Source of the DNA: Carcharhinus longimanus
Lineage: Eukaryota
DNA length: 64,000 nt
NCBI GenBank assembly: GCA_030264375.1
Contig: JASCQW010000001.1
Coordinates: 140,929,838 to 140,993,837 of the forward strand
Reading direction: 5' to 3'
Within the stretch, counting starts at the first letter, position 1, and each line of letters opens with the position of its first letter. Made by a program: the position numbers and the translations under genes. This document shows, in pieces, positions 11,321 to 24,247 of this stretch. Under the pieces are notes generated by a model, which was given only the letters and a program-made list of their open reading frames with translations, ran no database searches and was not told where the DNA came from.

Positions 11321-13979
11321 CTTAAAGCCAAAGTGCTAAGTCCCAAAATCTATCCCATTTCATAGTTCCAAAACTGTGTTCTCAGATTCAAGTGGCCTTT
11401 CATATTCGGTGTTGTCTAGATATCAGTTTGTCTTCTGAATCCAAGTTGTTAATGTATATTAGGAACAGTGAGGATTCCAACACCAATCTCTGAGGCTTCC
11501 CATTGATCACTTTCCCAAATTGGGGTAATTTCACAAACAAATATCTGTTGTTGCTCCTTTGCCTTCAGACAGTGTCCCTATGTCTATTTTGAATCCCTAT
11601 CACTTAAAGTTTTACAGATCTTTGGCGAATGGTTGTTCAAAATGTTGATAGACTATATACGGTTCTCCACAGTCCTCATGAGGAGTAAGTAAAATCCAAT
11701 ATACTGGTCATTTAATGAAAGATGAGGGACCTGAAGTATTAACTTTGCATGGTTGGGTGTGTGGGGTGAAGGTGTGAGGAGTTATCAAAGGAAAAACTGC
11801 TGGCATATTGGACACTTGACATGAGCCTGCTGACTACTGGATTTGACCAGCTTACAGTTTGAGAATGTGCAGGAAAACTCGTGGGACACAAGCATCAGCG
11901 ATTATTATCATGTGTAAAGTGCCAAGTGATTGGTGATTTAACACTACATTCTGCTTTAACAGCCAGCACCTGGGTTTCTTGAGCTGTCAGAAACTGGGAG
12001 AGTCAACTTGTCAAGCACAGAGCAGATTGACACGACTGGGACATGCTTGAAAACTATTAAATATTGAATTATGACAGCTGTTTCCATGCCTCGGTGAAAG
12101 GCTTTTGATCACAGGATTTGTTCTGAGTTGGTGCTTTGGAAGTGATTTCCAAAGTGTTGGAAATCACTGCTACCTCAGGTTTTTTGACTTTGACCTGTTC
12201 TCAGACCAGTGCAACAGCATGAGAGCAGCTGACTGGTTCAGCCTTTTAAAGAGCAGCACCACACCACACTCCAGGAGTGTAGAGGGGGTACAAAAACGCC
12301 TGGTTTTCAAGACGATAAAATAAAGTAGACAGTTTAGAATAGGGATCGCAGTGTCCCTTACATATACCATAAGGAATTACAAAGTGTCTCATATATATCT
12401 ATATGCATATATATATATATGTATCATATAAAGGTATTGGCTGCATAGATACATATATAATCATGAACAGGTATTGTAGATTTAAAATGTATTTTTAAAT
12501 GTCTTGTAAACTTTGGCCAAGATGCAGCCTGTCCTAAAGCATAATAGGAAACAAGCAGAACTAGACAGGTCTCATTCTTTGGAAACAATAAGATGCAAAA
12601 TATATTCTGTTTTATCAGTAGGAGACCCTGTAGCTGTAAGGTACCTAAGTTTTAAAATTAATGGAAGCATTTAGCTTCTGGTTGCAGTGAATAGAAGTAT
12701 TCAGCTTCTACTGATAAGAGGTAGATAGCCGACAGAGGGAAATGACTCCCTTTCCAATCCCATGGTTTGCAGCATGTGAGGGCAATCCTTGAATCTACCG
12801 GATTTGCGTAGGTAAGGTTACTAGGCAGTGGTGAATAAGAATGTCTGGACCTGGTTATCCAGTTAATTCCTAATTCTGCTAGAAGGTGGAATGCTATTGG
12901 CCAAGGTAAATAATGTGTTTTAATATAACTGGATCCTCCAGATGGATGACAGGTTGTGCAGGAGAAACAAACCTTCGAAAAAATATATCTTACACATGTA
13001 CTGTATTGTCAGAAAGAAGTTGGAATCTTCTGGCTGTCCCTCTCCCAATGCATATTGGTCAATAAAGAACATCTTTAACTGCATACTGTCTTTTGCGAGT
13101 CTTTGTATTAGCTGAGTTCAGCTCATTACATAGAACCAGAGGGAAGCCCTCCAGAAAACCCCCGTACAGAGAGAAGCAAGAACAACACAGTAGCAGTTTT
13201 CCCCTCAACCACCTGCTGCTCCTCGAGACAAGTGGGAAGGGCATCAAAGTCCAGTTTGAAGGTCAGTTTCCCCAGTACAGGTGACACAGGCAGAGAGAGA
13301 GGACCAGTTTCCTGAGCATGTTTGAGTACCTCAGGACTCTCAGACTTTCTCATCAGGCCATTGCTGGTACCTGCAGCCTCCTAGAAAAAGATTTCATCAA
13401 CAGGAGCCAGTGGGAGCAGATTGCCATTGGCCATCAAGGTCACCACAGCCTCGAATTTCTTTGTTGCCATCTTGTTTCAGGGATCTGCTGGTAACATTTA
13501 TAAGATTTCACAATCTGCTGGTGTATAGAAAGTAAAGAGTTAACATATTTGCCAGTCAACACAGCTATGGGAATCTAAAGGATGTAGCTGTGTTTTGAAT
13601 GCATTTGGCATTATATGAATAATATAATTATAATAATAAGTTGACCTTCTACTGCTATCTTTGTACATTGTACCCAAGCCTATATTTATACCAAGCCTCA
13701 TATATGGTTGCCTGTGCCACCATATATGAGGAGGGAGGGGGGATTTGATCCAAATGAGTTGGATTTTACCTAGGATCAGGATCGCACACTGTGCCAGGTC
13801 CTTTCCAGCTCCAGACCAACCGTCATTGCTGGAGTGTCGGACAGGCAGAAAGACATGGGACTTATTGCTTATATCTCTCTTGTATTGTTTACTCTTTTGC
13901 AATAAAGGGTATAATATTTAGAGATTGTAATTCCACCCTGTCTCTTATTTAACATTCTCCCCGATCATGTGCTTGCTGT

Positions 13980-14245
13980 TACTAGGGGGCATAACTATAA
14001 GGTTCGTGGTGGGAGATATAGGAGGGATGTCCGAGGTAGGTTCTTTACTCAGAGAGTAGTGGGGTGTGGAATGCACTGCCTGTTGTGATAGTGGAGTCGG
14101 ATACTTCAGGAACTTTCAAGACATTATTGGACAGGCACATGGAGTACACCAGAATGATAGCGAGTGGAATAGCTTGATCTTGGGTTTGGACATAGCTCGG
14201 CACAACATCGATGGCCGAAGGGCCTGTACTGTTCTATGTTCTATT
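13980..14245 (+). mobile_element. CR1 LINE 3' fragment
   Basis: TRGHNYKVRGGRYRRDVRGRFFTQRVVG-like coding end; tail GGCCGAAGGGCCTGTACTGTTCTATGTTCTA. Confidence 0.8.
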
Positions 14246-14403
14246 AAAAAAACAAAACAGAGCGGTTGGCTGCAAGTACATCCCTCTGAAGACTGATGCC
14301 ACGNNNNNNNNNNNNNNNNNNNNNNNNNNNNNNNNNNNNNNNNNNNNNNNNNNNNNNNNNNNNNNNNNNNNNNNNNNNNNNNNNNNNNNNNNNNNNNNNN
14401 NNN

Positions 14404-14550
14404 TTCTCCCCTGAATCTGGCTAAGTTAGGGGTTCCATTCATAGACACGCAGGGTAGAATAGGTGTAGGGTGATGCGGCGACGTGGGCTCGTTGGACCGA
14501 AGGGCCTGTTTCCCGTGCTGGGTTGTTCTTTGTTCTTTGTTTTGTTCTTT
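14404..14550 (+). mobile_element. CR1-like 3' end next to a gap
   Basis: GGACCGAAGGGCCTGTTTCCCGTGCTG…(TGTTCTT)n tail. Confidence 0.55.
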
Positions 14551-14574
14551 GTAACTTGGCATTATTGGCTGGAC

Positions 14575-14835
14575 TCATGCAGGTAAAGGGAGTCAGACAT
14601 TGTACTCATTTGGCAGTCATGCACTCTCAGATCAGTCAGCCGCATTCATCAATCAGAACACATTCCACTCCATCAATTTACAGCTAATATGTAGCCACTA
14701 GAAGATTATCATGCGTGCCTGTGCAAAGCATCCTGGGAGCCGCCATGATGCTTTCACTTTGCATTAGCCTTACCTTCTTCATGGTTCTTCACACCTCCAG
14801 ACAGAGTCAGTGGGTGGCTTCTTGATAATAAGATC
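14575..14835 (+). mobile_element. PIF/Harbinger (HARBI1-like) transposase remnant, catalytic middle part
   Basis: Translates AFINQNTFHSINLQLICSH*KIIMRACAKHPGSRHDAF, matching the FINRKGFHSINVQ…YPGSxHD motif; followed by a GWLLD-like segment. Confidence 0.75.
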
Positions 14836-15000
14836 GGGGGGAGGGGGGGGAGCAATTCTCCCAGTCCACTGCGCTATTCTAGTTGTTTTGCAGGATTCAT
14901 GCTGGCGTCACAGCCTCCATGTATCTCTCCAGGAAAGTTTTTTGGTGTCAGCAGCTTTGTGCTAAATATTGACATGGAGCTGATTATCAAATGGTAATTT

Positions 15001-15293
15001 AAAGTTTATATATTTATTGTCACAAGTAGGCTTAGATTAACACTGCATTGAAGGTGATGTGAAAATCCCTTAGTCACCACACTCCAGCGCCTGTTTGGGT
15101 ACACTGAGAGAGAATTTAACATGACCAAAGTGCCTAACCAGCATGTCTTTCGGGTTGTGGGAGGAAACTGAAGCACCCAGAGAAAACCCATACCGACACG
15201 GGGAGAATGTGTCGACTCCACACAGACAGGGACCCGAGCTGGGAATTGAACCCAAGTCCCTGGTGCTGTGAGGCAGCACTTTGCCACTGTGCC
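15001..15293 (-). mobile_element. HE1-type V-SINE, tail variant 2
   Basis: Reverse complement of head, core and variant-2 tail. Confidence 0.85.
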
Positions 15294-15475
15294 AAAATGT
15301 CATTCAAGTTGACATTTCCAGATTATTAGCAGGCTTGGGATAGAATTCTCCAGGCCCGCTAGCATCTCCTCCCCANNNNNNNNNNNNNNNNNNNNNNNNN
15401 NNNNNNNNNNNNNNNNNNNNNNNNNNNNNNNNNNNNNNNNNNNNNNNNNNNNNNNNNNNNNNNNNNNNNNNNNNN

Positions 15476-15610
15476 TCCCTCACCTGACGAAGTGGGAGTC
15501 CCCTCGAAAGTTTGTGAGTTTACTATCAAATAAGTCGGTTGGACTAAAACCTGGTGTTGTCATACTTTTTACTGTGTTTACCCCAGTCCAACGCCGGCAT
15601 ATCCACATCA
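15476..15610 (+). mobile_element. Penelope-like element terminal repeat with a minimal hammerhead-ribozyme core
   Basis: CTCAC-CTGACGA-AGTGGGAGTCCCCTC-GAAA-GTT-T-GTGAG, then AAATAAGTCGGTTGGACTAAAACCTGGTGTTG…CCAGTCCAACGCCGGCATATCCACATCA. Confidence 0.7.
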
Positions 15611-16359
15611 CACTGTAATGAACAGAGGACATTAAGCCCCCCTCCCAGGAGTTCAGGAGTAAGAGCCAACAGCCCAAGGGGCAATCTGGCACTGCCCACT
15701 GGGCACCTTGGCACTGTCCAGTACTAAGGGAGTGAGGTCTGCCAGGGGGTGGGGCCTATTGGGGGGGCAATTGGTGAGGTGGGGGTACCTGCTACCACTC
15801 TGCAAAAGGATTGGTGGAGGAGTGATGGAGTGAGAGCAATTGGAGCTGGTCTTCAGGGTGGGGTTGGGGGTCAGGGCTGCCAGGGGGTAGGGGGCTGCTC
15901 ATTGCGTGTGGGAAGGTTTGGACTGTCATGAGGTGGTGGAAATCAGGGAGGTCGGGGCTGGCTGGGGAGCTGGTTGGGGGACATAGGGGCTGGACCGGGG
16001 AAGTCCAAGAGGCCAGCGATTGGGAATGGGGTGTGTTTGGAAGGCCAGTGATGGGGAGTTGCGGAGCTGGCCAGTGATCGGGAGGCTGGCATGGGGGCCA
16101 CTGCACATGCGCCTATCTCCATGCTGACAAATCAGCACACTGGCCCGCTCAGCGCTACGCTACGAGCCTCTCTAGCTGGAATAGGCCCCACCACCTATTT
16201 ATTAGGGTGAATTCTGCTGAGGCACTCTGCACTGCTGAGTGTCAGAGATTCACTCTGATAAGTATGCTAAAAAAATTGGCGGGAATTATTCCCGTTTCCT
16301 CGCACGTTGAGAACGTTTTTGGGAGAATAATAGCCCTGATCTCTCAGAACCCGGCTGAT

Positions 16360-16730
16360 GATATCTGAGTGGAACCCTATAACTGGACAACTGGGACCAC
16401 ATAAGCGCAAGAATATTCATAGAGCTAGCAAGTGGATTGCTGAAGGATGCAGTTCGGGTGTCTGGAGAGTTCTGAGGCTATCTTTAAGTATCAATGTTGG
16501 CCTGAGAGGCAGTGGCCTGCTCTACCTTGCTCAATATAGCACGGCAGAGAGACTTGAGCTGCAGGAAGAGGAAGGTGATGACTACCCTGCATCCTTGGAG
16601 GAGGAAGAAGGGAAACAGCAGAAGGAGTTTCAGGAGGAGGGAAAGACTGATGAGGCCTGCTTCCTTACAGACGTCCATCTAACTGTCAAAGGAACCAATG
16701 ACAGACCCATCTAAGGACAAGTTAGCTATC
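16360..16730 (+). mobile_element. PIF/Harbinger transposase C-terminal remnant
   Basis: GCCTGCTCTACCTTGCTCAATATAGCA (ACSTLLNIA, compare ACCALHNLA) followed by an acidic tract, as in the copy at 62559-62801. Confidence 0.5.
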
Positions 16731-17769
16731 CTGAGGCTGTATAATCACACTGCAATCCAATGCTGACTGTATTACATCTCCATTCTCAACATAAAGCAAT
16801 TCCACTTATGTTAATCCTTCCATTTTATTTACACTCAATGTTTGTTTTCTAATCTGATTTCTGCTCATTTTCTACAAGGCCACCTGGCATGCAAGAGGGA
16901 GCAATGGAAATGACCTGACAACAGAGAAGCTATTAACTCTTCCTCTCATCACCTTCTGCTTTCCTTGTGGCTTCAGCAGAACTCTAGGCAGGTTGCTCAA
17001 TCCCCTGCTCTGACAGCTTAGATGATCGTGGACAACTTTCTCTGGCTTTTGGAGCCTATGAGGGCCTCAGCAAAGACTGCCACACTTCCAGTTGTGCTGT
17101 GGCAACAATGAGACAGGAGTGAGCTTGTGGGGCTTTAACTGAGGTGGGGCCAGGGAGGTGGGATGGGGAGAAGTTTATGCTTTCCTCTCAGGGCCCAGCT
17201 GCTAGTCAAAGAGTTGGAAAGCAGTGAGACAGTGAATGGCCAATGCAAAACTTTCCTCCACCCCATTTAAACTGACAGTCTGAACATACAGGTACAGGTG
17301 AGGAGCAGCACGTAATTGGTTGCTTCTCACATGTCAGTATCCTCTCTTTCCATGGAGGTGGGCATCACTGCAAAGATCTGAGACAACATGGCACCCATGC
17401 TGGAGATGGACCCCTCCAACCTCTTTCCTGTGGTGGACATTGCCTCCAGAAATGCTGACAGAACTTCACATAATTGCTCCAGAATAGTCCTTTTTGTGAA
17501 TGTGCCCTAATACATCGAGCTGAGGAGAGCTTGGTATGTCCTGTATCCTCTGACTGAGGCTTTCCATTGCTGGGCCTGTTTACAGCTTCAATTCTTGTTC
17601 CCTTGTGATGTGTGGTTCACCATGTGACAAACTGGTTACCTGTACTGAAGGCCCCACTGCTGGGTGTGTAACTGCGCTGATGGCAGGTGCTTATGAGTCA
17701 TTTGCAACCTCCTTCCTGTGGGCTTTCCTTGACCTCCTCCTGCATCACTTCTAAATTATGTTTGCAAAC

Positions 17770-18055
17770 TGGTTAGCACTGCTATCTCACAGCGCCAGGA
17801 ACCCATGTTGTATTCCCAGCTTGAACCTCTGTCTGTGCAGAGGCTGCACATTTTCCCCGGGTCTGCGTGGGTTTCCTCCGGGTGCTCCAGTTTCCTCCTA
17901 CGGTCAGAAAGACCTGCTGGTTCAGTGCTTGGCCAATCTAAGTTCTCTCGCAGTGTAACTGAACAGGCGCCAGAGTGTGACAACTAGGGGATTTTCAGAG
18001 TAACTTCATTGTAGTGTTAATGTAAGCCTATTTGTGACATGAACAAATAAACTTA
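17770..18055 (+). mobile_element. HE1-type V-SINE, tail variant 2
   Basis: TGGTTAGCACTGCTATCTCACAGCGCC…GGTTTCCTCCGGGTGCTCCAG…variant-2 tail. Confidence 0.85.
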
Positions 18056-18754
18056 AGAAAAACTATGAAGTACCTGTGGCAAATGAAAGACATGAATTTG
18101 AACTGACAAGGAAAAAAGAGTTCAAACTCTGCATTGTGCAGATCGTGATATTTCAGTTATTGGTGACACCAATTCAAAATGAGCAAGTGTTATGTACTAA
18201 GTGTCAGTGTCACATCCAATTCTGCCATCGGGTATCTGGGAGACTCTCATCTCTCCATCTTCAATGGCCAGGCCATTCTGCTGATTTCCATCACCTCCTC
18301 CTCTGCAGTGGAAGTCAAGATAGCGATCATTGATGAACCACCCTGGTTCTCTGCTTCTCCCTAGTATTCTACACTCCTGCAAGAATAAAGAGCCTCTCTC
18401 TATTGAATTAACATGCTGCTTTCCTACTCTTCCTGCCAAAGTGGACAAATTCACATTTTCCCACGTCTTCTCCAGTTGGAGTGCTATTTCCATTTTCATA
18501 GAATTATGATCTGAGTATGCATTGGTTCCTGTCAGAGCTTTCATGTTCTTAACGCTAATCTATATCTTTGTCTCACCAATATATGATTGAAATCTTCTAA
18601 CCTAGCTGAAATCTCCCTATTTTGCCAAACATTTTCCACATGTATCACTTTATCTCATGCTGCCTAAAACTATGTGTTTGTCATCATGACAATTTATCTA
18701 TAGCGTCACGTCAGCAGGTATCCCTAGTAGCAGAAGCTCATTAAAGAAGGGAAA

Positions 18755-19033
18755 GTGTGACACAGTGGTTAGCACTACTGCCTCACAGCATCAGGGACCT
18801 GTGTTCAATTCTGGCCTCGGGTGACTGTCTGTGTGGAGTCTGCACATTCTCTCCGTGTCTGCATGGGTTTCCTCCGGGTGCTCCAGTTCGTTGGGGGGGT
18901 GGGGTGGGGGGGGGTTAGCAGGATAAATACATGGGATTACAGGGAGAGGGCCTGGATGAAACTGTTTTCGGTGTAGCTTGATGGGCCAAATGGCCTCATT
19001 GTGCACTGTAGGATCTGTGAATCTATGATTCTG
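18755..19033 (+). mobile_element. HE1-type V-SINE, tail variant 1, internally deleted
   Basis: Head and core, then a jump to GGTTAGCAGGATAAATAC…GATGGGCCAAATGGCCTC…CTATGATTCT. Confidence 0.85.
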
Positions 19034-20099
19034 TGAAGTTCTTTTCCCATTATTAAGCTAAATATCTCAATCTGTCCATACAGGGCAGCATCAGGACTGT
19101 GTTCACTGTTTTGTATGCATCTTCTCAGCCACAGTGGAAACAAGAGGAAGCAAATATATAAGAACGACCCTAATTTTAGAACAATTGCACAGGCTGTGTG
19201 TGTCATTATTTTGAACCAGATGTCTCTGGTTCAAAATAATCCCTTTTTCTATGCAGTGTAATCTGGGAGCCCTGAACTACAATAGTACTAGAAAATGCTT
19301 CTCACTCCCTGAATCATGTGCATGTGTCTACCCTGTTAATTTTTACGAATTCTGAAGCTACATAGCCTCGGAGAGAGAAAAGGGGGACAAAGAAAGTAAT
19401 TCAGAACACATCAAAAATCAATTATGCGAAGGAAGAGAACAGTATAACCAAAGATTAAAGAGAAAAATGATCACAGGGAATTCAGATCAGCTTTTTAATG
19501 GCTGATGTGGAGCAAAATTCAGAAGCAATCAATCAAACATGANNNNNNNNNAAAGAAAAAGAATTTTAATAAGGATGCCACTTTCACTGTCTTCGACATA
19601 GCTATCAGAATGAAATGATTTAAATATTAATGTGTGCAGGGCTGCCTCCCCGTTGGTTTTGTAAATTAACTCCTTTGGGTTCCTGTAAAGCTTTATGGTG
19701 TATATGCGTTCATGTAGGGATATCTACTTCTGATTATATTGATGTAATTAATCGATGTAACAATAACTATTTTCACAGGAGCTTGTTCTATATATCCAAC
19801 ACCAAATGTGTAAAGAATATGTAATTTCACTATGAAAGCGATCTCCAGAGAGATGTTATAATTACTCCATCCTAAAGTCAATAAAGGAAATTAAAAAGGA
19901 TAGTTAAAGGCTTATTAAGGAGTCCTAACTTCACACTGAACACAAGGTTTCATTGGATAGAAAAAGGGCAAAGCTACAAAATATTAAATTTTCTAAACAG
20001 TTCAATGTCATTTTTTAATATATTCAGGGCTTGGTGGCTATAGTTGAGTTACAGAGACACAAACACTGGTGCTGAAAGTCTGCACCTCCAAACAATGGA

Positions 20100-20485
20100 A
20101 CCATTCATTTGTAGGACATGGGATTCACTGTCTGGGCCAGCATTTTATTGCCCATTCCTAATTCCCCTTGAAACTGAGGGGTTTGCTAGGATATTTCAGA
20201 AGGCAGTTGAGAGCCAAACACATTGCTGTGGTCTGGAGTCACATGTGGGCCAGACTAGGTGAGGAGAGCAGATTTCCTTCCCTAAAGAACATTAGTGAAC
20301 CAGATGGGTTTTTCCAACAATCAACAACGGTCTCAAGGTCATCAGTAGATTCTCAATTCCTGATACTTTTTATTAAATTCAATTTCCATTACCTGCTGTG
20401 GGATTCGAACTCAGGTCCCCAGAACATTAGCTGAGTTTTTGGATTAATAGTCTGGCGACAATGCCATTAGGCCTTCGCCTTCCTT
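20100..20485 (-). mobile_element. tRNA-derived SINE, second family (here 'family B')
   Basis: Minus-strand B-box GAGTTCGAATCCC; tail GGGCAATAAAATGCTGGCCCAG…CCCATGTCC; homologous to 30290-30920, 53970-54298 and 58105-58380. Confidence 0.75.
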
Positions 20486-21789
20486 GCGTTGTTGGGAAGG
20501 ATGATGACAAAGCACCCACACTTTTTAAGATGGGTCCTGCAGCTCACTGTGTCACTCATGGGTCTATTCTATGAGTAACTATGATTAGTTAGCAACTAAC
20601 TAATCAACTATGTTAGTTGATTAACCAACCTCCTTGAGAAGAGGTGACTATCCCCTGACAGGTCAAAGGGACTCCAATGTGACAAACTGGTGTCAGAAGA
20701 TTGCAACCAGGTTAATCCTGGGTGACAGGTTTGGTAATTCAGCATCTAGGAAAGGCAGGGCTGAAATATTTGCTGTCCAACATGTCTGATTATTGCCCCC
20801 TGGAGATCCTGTTTGGTGGTTGGGATTAGTTTCTGCTAGTGACCCGATATCCGCTGTAAAACAATGTCCTAATGAGTAGGGAGGTTCCAGGACATTGGAC
20901 AGGAAATTTGTAATGTTTTACACAGATTAGCTTGTTAAACACCAGCGCCTGAATTTTTTGTCCTTTGGGCATGCACCCTTGATGGTCCTGGAAGTGGGCG
21001 CAAAACGTATTTCAGCTGCCATTAGGCCTGGAATGGGATTTCACATTAGCTTGCTAATTAAGAGCAGCCAGCATGAAAATGCACATTGGAAAAGGCTCAG
21101 AGCTGCCAGGGAAGGCAGGAAGAGGGCCGAGAAAAAGGAGAGTGCGTGCTGGTAGTTTCAATGTGCTCTCTCAGGGGACAGTCACTGCAGAGAAGTCTCA
21201 GGGAGCTGCTGAACAGTAAAAAATAAATTGTGATGGAAAAACTGTACGGTGTCCAGCCGGCACATTCAACACAAACCTCTGTCCCCAGACAACCTTTTAT
21301 ATATTATTTCAGGCAGTTCATCTGGCCTGGATTGATCCACCCTGGATTGAGATTGAAGTTAGAATGTGGAGGCCGCCTGGCCAATCTGCCCACCCACCAA
21401 CCCTAAAAGTAGATCGGCCATGTAAAATTGTGTTCAGTTGGCTCTTTGATGGGCTAAATCCCTGCATGATTGTGGGCAAGCGCGTTTCCAACTCCTGCAT
21501 GCACTGGCCAACCAACATATTGCGAGGGTGCATGATGACATCGGGACGCGGGCCTGTCGTCTTTTCGCACGATTCCATGCACTTCCGGGTCACGGGTGCA
21601 CCCACCCAAACAACATAACACCCTGACCCAGACATCCATGCAACACCTTAACGGCAGCAGATGCCAAGTTGCACCCAAGTCAAACAAGGTTTGTCACTAT
21701 AGAGTCAAAATGGAGAGAAATAAACAGCAATCAGGCTGAAATTCCGTAACTCAGATAAGTCATCCCTAGAGCCTTGATGGAATTCCAGT

Positions 21790-22210
21790 CCACTTGCCTT
21801 TATCTTGCACCTGATTACACTTCTTAGAAACACATACAATATATTACCCTGAAGTGGTTGCTGTTGTGTAGTTGAATAAAGCAGCTGCTCTGAGCACAAT
21901 AAAATTCCACAAACACCGGCGAGATTAATAACTAGTTAACTTGTTTTCATTTGCCCGACTAAGGGATGAGTCCTGCCAAGCATCCCAGAAAACTCGCTGC
22001 GTCTTCTTCAAAAAATGCTGCAGGGTTATTTTAACATCCACCTGAAGAAAGCAGATGGGCTTTGTTTTAATGAATCACCTGAAGAATGGCATTCGAACAA
22101 TGCAGTACGCCCTCATTACTATGTTAGAATGTCAGCCTACATTATGTCCTGGAGTGAAGCCCAAACCCACAATCTTCTGATCCAAGAGAAAAATGCTGAG
22201 GCAAACTGCA
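21790..22210 (-). mobile_element. DeuSINE (SacSINE1/AmnSINE1-like), near full length, diverged
   Basis: TTTTAACATCCACCTGAAGAAAGCAGATGGGC…TTTAATG…AATGCAGTACGCCCTC…TGTCAGCCTA…AACCCACAATCTTCTGA, plus the tail region. Confidence 0.6.
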
Positions 22211-22469
22211 ATCACTTGGTCCTAAGAAAATATTGCTCTGATTGCCTGAGGCCACTAATCTAAGCTTTATAGTAATAACCATATTCCAGGAAGATTTATA
22301 CCACTAACCATCTATGGGCACAAATTCAATGCCCTCCATCCCCACAGCTGACCCTCGGCCTTTTTCATTTCCAAATGTGAAGTCAAACACTTTGCTACCT
22401 CAGTCTTTCCTTCCTCCACCAAGCATATACTACATAGTTTCTCTGCTATCTTTCCACCCTTCAAAAACT

Positions 22470-22950
22470 TTGATTTAATTTGATTTATTATTGTCATATG
22501 TATTAGTATGCAGTGCAAAGTATTGTTTCTTGTGCACTATATAAAGCATAACATTCGTAGAGAAAGAAAGGAGAGGGTGCGGAATGTAGTGTTACAGTCA
22601 TAGCTAGGGTGTAGGAAATGATCAACTTAATATAAGGTAGGTCCATACAAAAATGGCAACAAGGAAGAAGCTGTTCTTGAGTCGATTGGTACGTGACCTC
22701 AGACTTTTGTATCCTTTTCCAGAAGGAAGAAGATGAAAGNNNNNNNNNNNNNNNNNNNNNNNNNNNNNNNNNNNNNNNNNNNNNNNNNNNNNNNNNNNNN
22801 NNNNNNNNNNNNNNNNNNNGAGTCAATAGATGGGAGGCTGGTTTACATTTTGGACTGGGCTTCGTTCAAGACCCTTTTTAGTTTCTAGCGTTCTTCGACA
22901 GAGCAGGAGGCATACCAAGCTATGATACAACCAGAAAGAATGCTCTCCAT
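22470..22950 (-). mobile_element. Rex1/Babar LINE 3' fragment
   Basis: Homologous to 9675-9995; (AATCA)n tail; RIQKSEVTYQSTQEQLLP frameshifted RT C-terminus. Confidence 0.75.
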
Positions 22951-24247
22951 GCATGTGAACATATAGTCACAAGTGCCCAAACAATATGTCACGAGTGTAC
23001 AGCCATGCCACCTGTGGACCATCAATACTTGTTAATCTTTTGTGCCTACATCTAGGCGCAGGCACAACATGCACAGCTAAGGTGGGGGCCACCTGCTGAC
23101 TGCTATACCCTGTGGACCATGAGGACTTTGCTGGACATCCTCCAAAGGCCCAAGGCCAAGAAAACCCCAGCCTGCGAAAGGTCACCTGCTCCAGTGTTGG
23201 TGCACTGCACTCAGCCTGATCTACTGGAGGTGATTAGGTTGCAGGCAAAGGGGAGGAGGAGGGTTGAAGACCCCAGGGTGCCTGGCTTGAGCTCCTCCTC
23301 TCTGTGGGCGCTCAAAGGCATCTCTCTGACTTCTTGAGGAAAAGGGCACCTGGAAAATAGCCAAGGTGCCCCTTTTCCCTTCATCTGGACAATGCTAGAC
23401 CAATGCCTAGAGTAATGGAGTACAAGGCTGAGCATAAATCCAGCAACCTCTGCAAGGTTAGCTAGACTTGGGTCTCCTAGGCAGGTCACCACCTTTCCCA
23501 TGGAAGCAGCTAGGCATTCTCATGCTGGAGCCACAAGAACAGACAGAATGTGGACGGACATGCCAGTCCAGTCTGCACATGGCCTCTGACATCTCTGCCT
23601 GATGTTCCCCTGCCTGTCCCTGCACCTCCATCAGGAACCAAATCCAGGGGTTGGTCACCTGCTTTAGGTGGAATGAAGGCTTGCTCTCTAGCAGTCCTCC
23701 GACTGTCAGAGAGACCATGGTTGTCACTTCCTCTGTCAGCTGTGGAGTAAGTCAGTGAGGTGCTCACTAGATGGTGACTCTGAGCTTGCTGTAGAACAGG
23801 CAGCCACTGATGTGATTGTCTCAGTGCTGGTGGGGAATGTCATGATGGTGCATCCTCTAAAGGTTCTGAGCTATCCTCCTGTGGGGTGGGGTTGGGGCTG
23901 AGCTTGGCCGGTCCGGGCTGATGGCCTCCCCTGTTTCTAGCTGGTATCTAGAATGGAGCACAGAAAGATTTAAGGTGGAATCATCCCAGAAATCAGCAAT
24001 GTCTGATTTTGGGCGGTAAAAGTGGTGTTCGAACTGTCGACACCAATGGCAGCTTTTTTCACCATATTGTGTGGCACTTTGTTTAAGAATACAGAGGCAC
24101 AAGTTTGAAATTGGATTGCTGCTGGGTGGTCTCTGCTATGCCCAACCCACCATGACCCCAGAGATTCAGCTATCTGGGCACCAAATTTAAAGTCAGCCCC
24201 TGCACACAGCTGACATTCTTCAAGGACTAAGAAACCACTGGAAACTG

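Noticed and set aside
18197-18544. 115-aa minus-strand ORF
   Set aside because: Its 5' half overlaps a decayed CR1-like segment and I recognise no domain.
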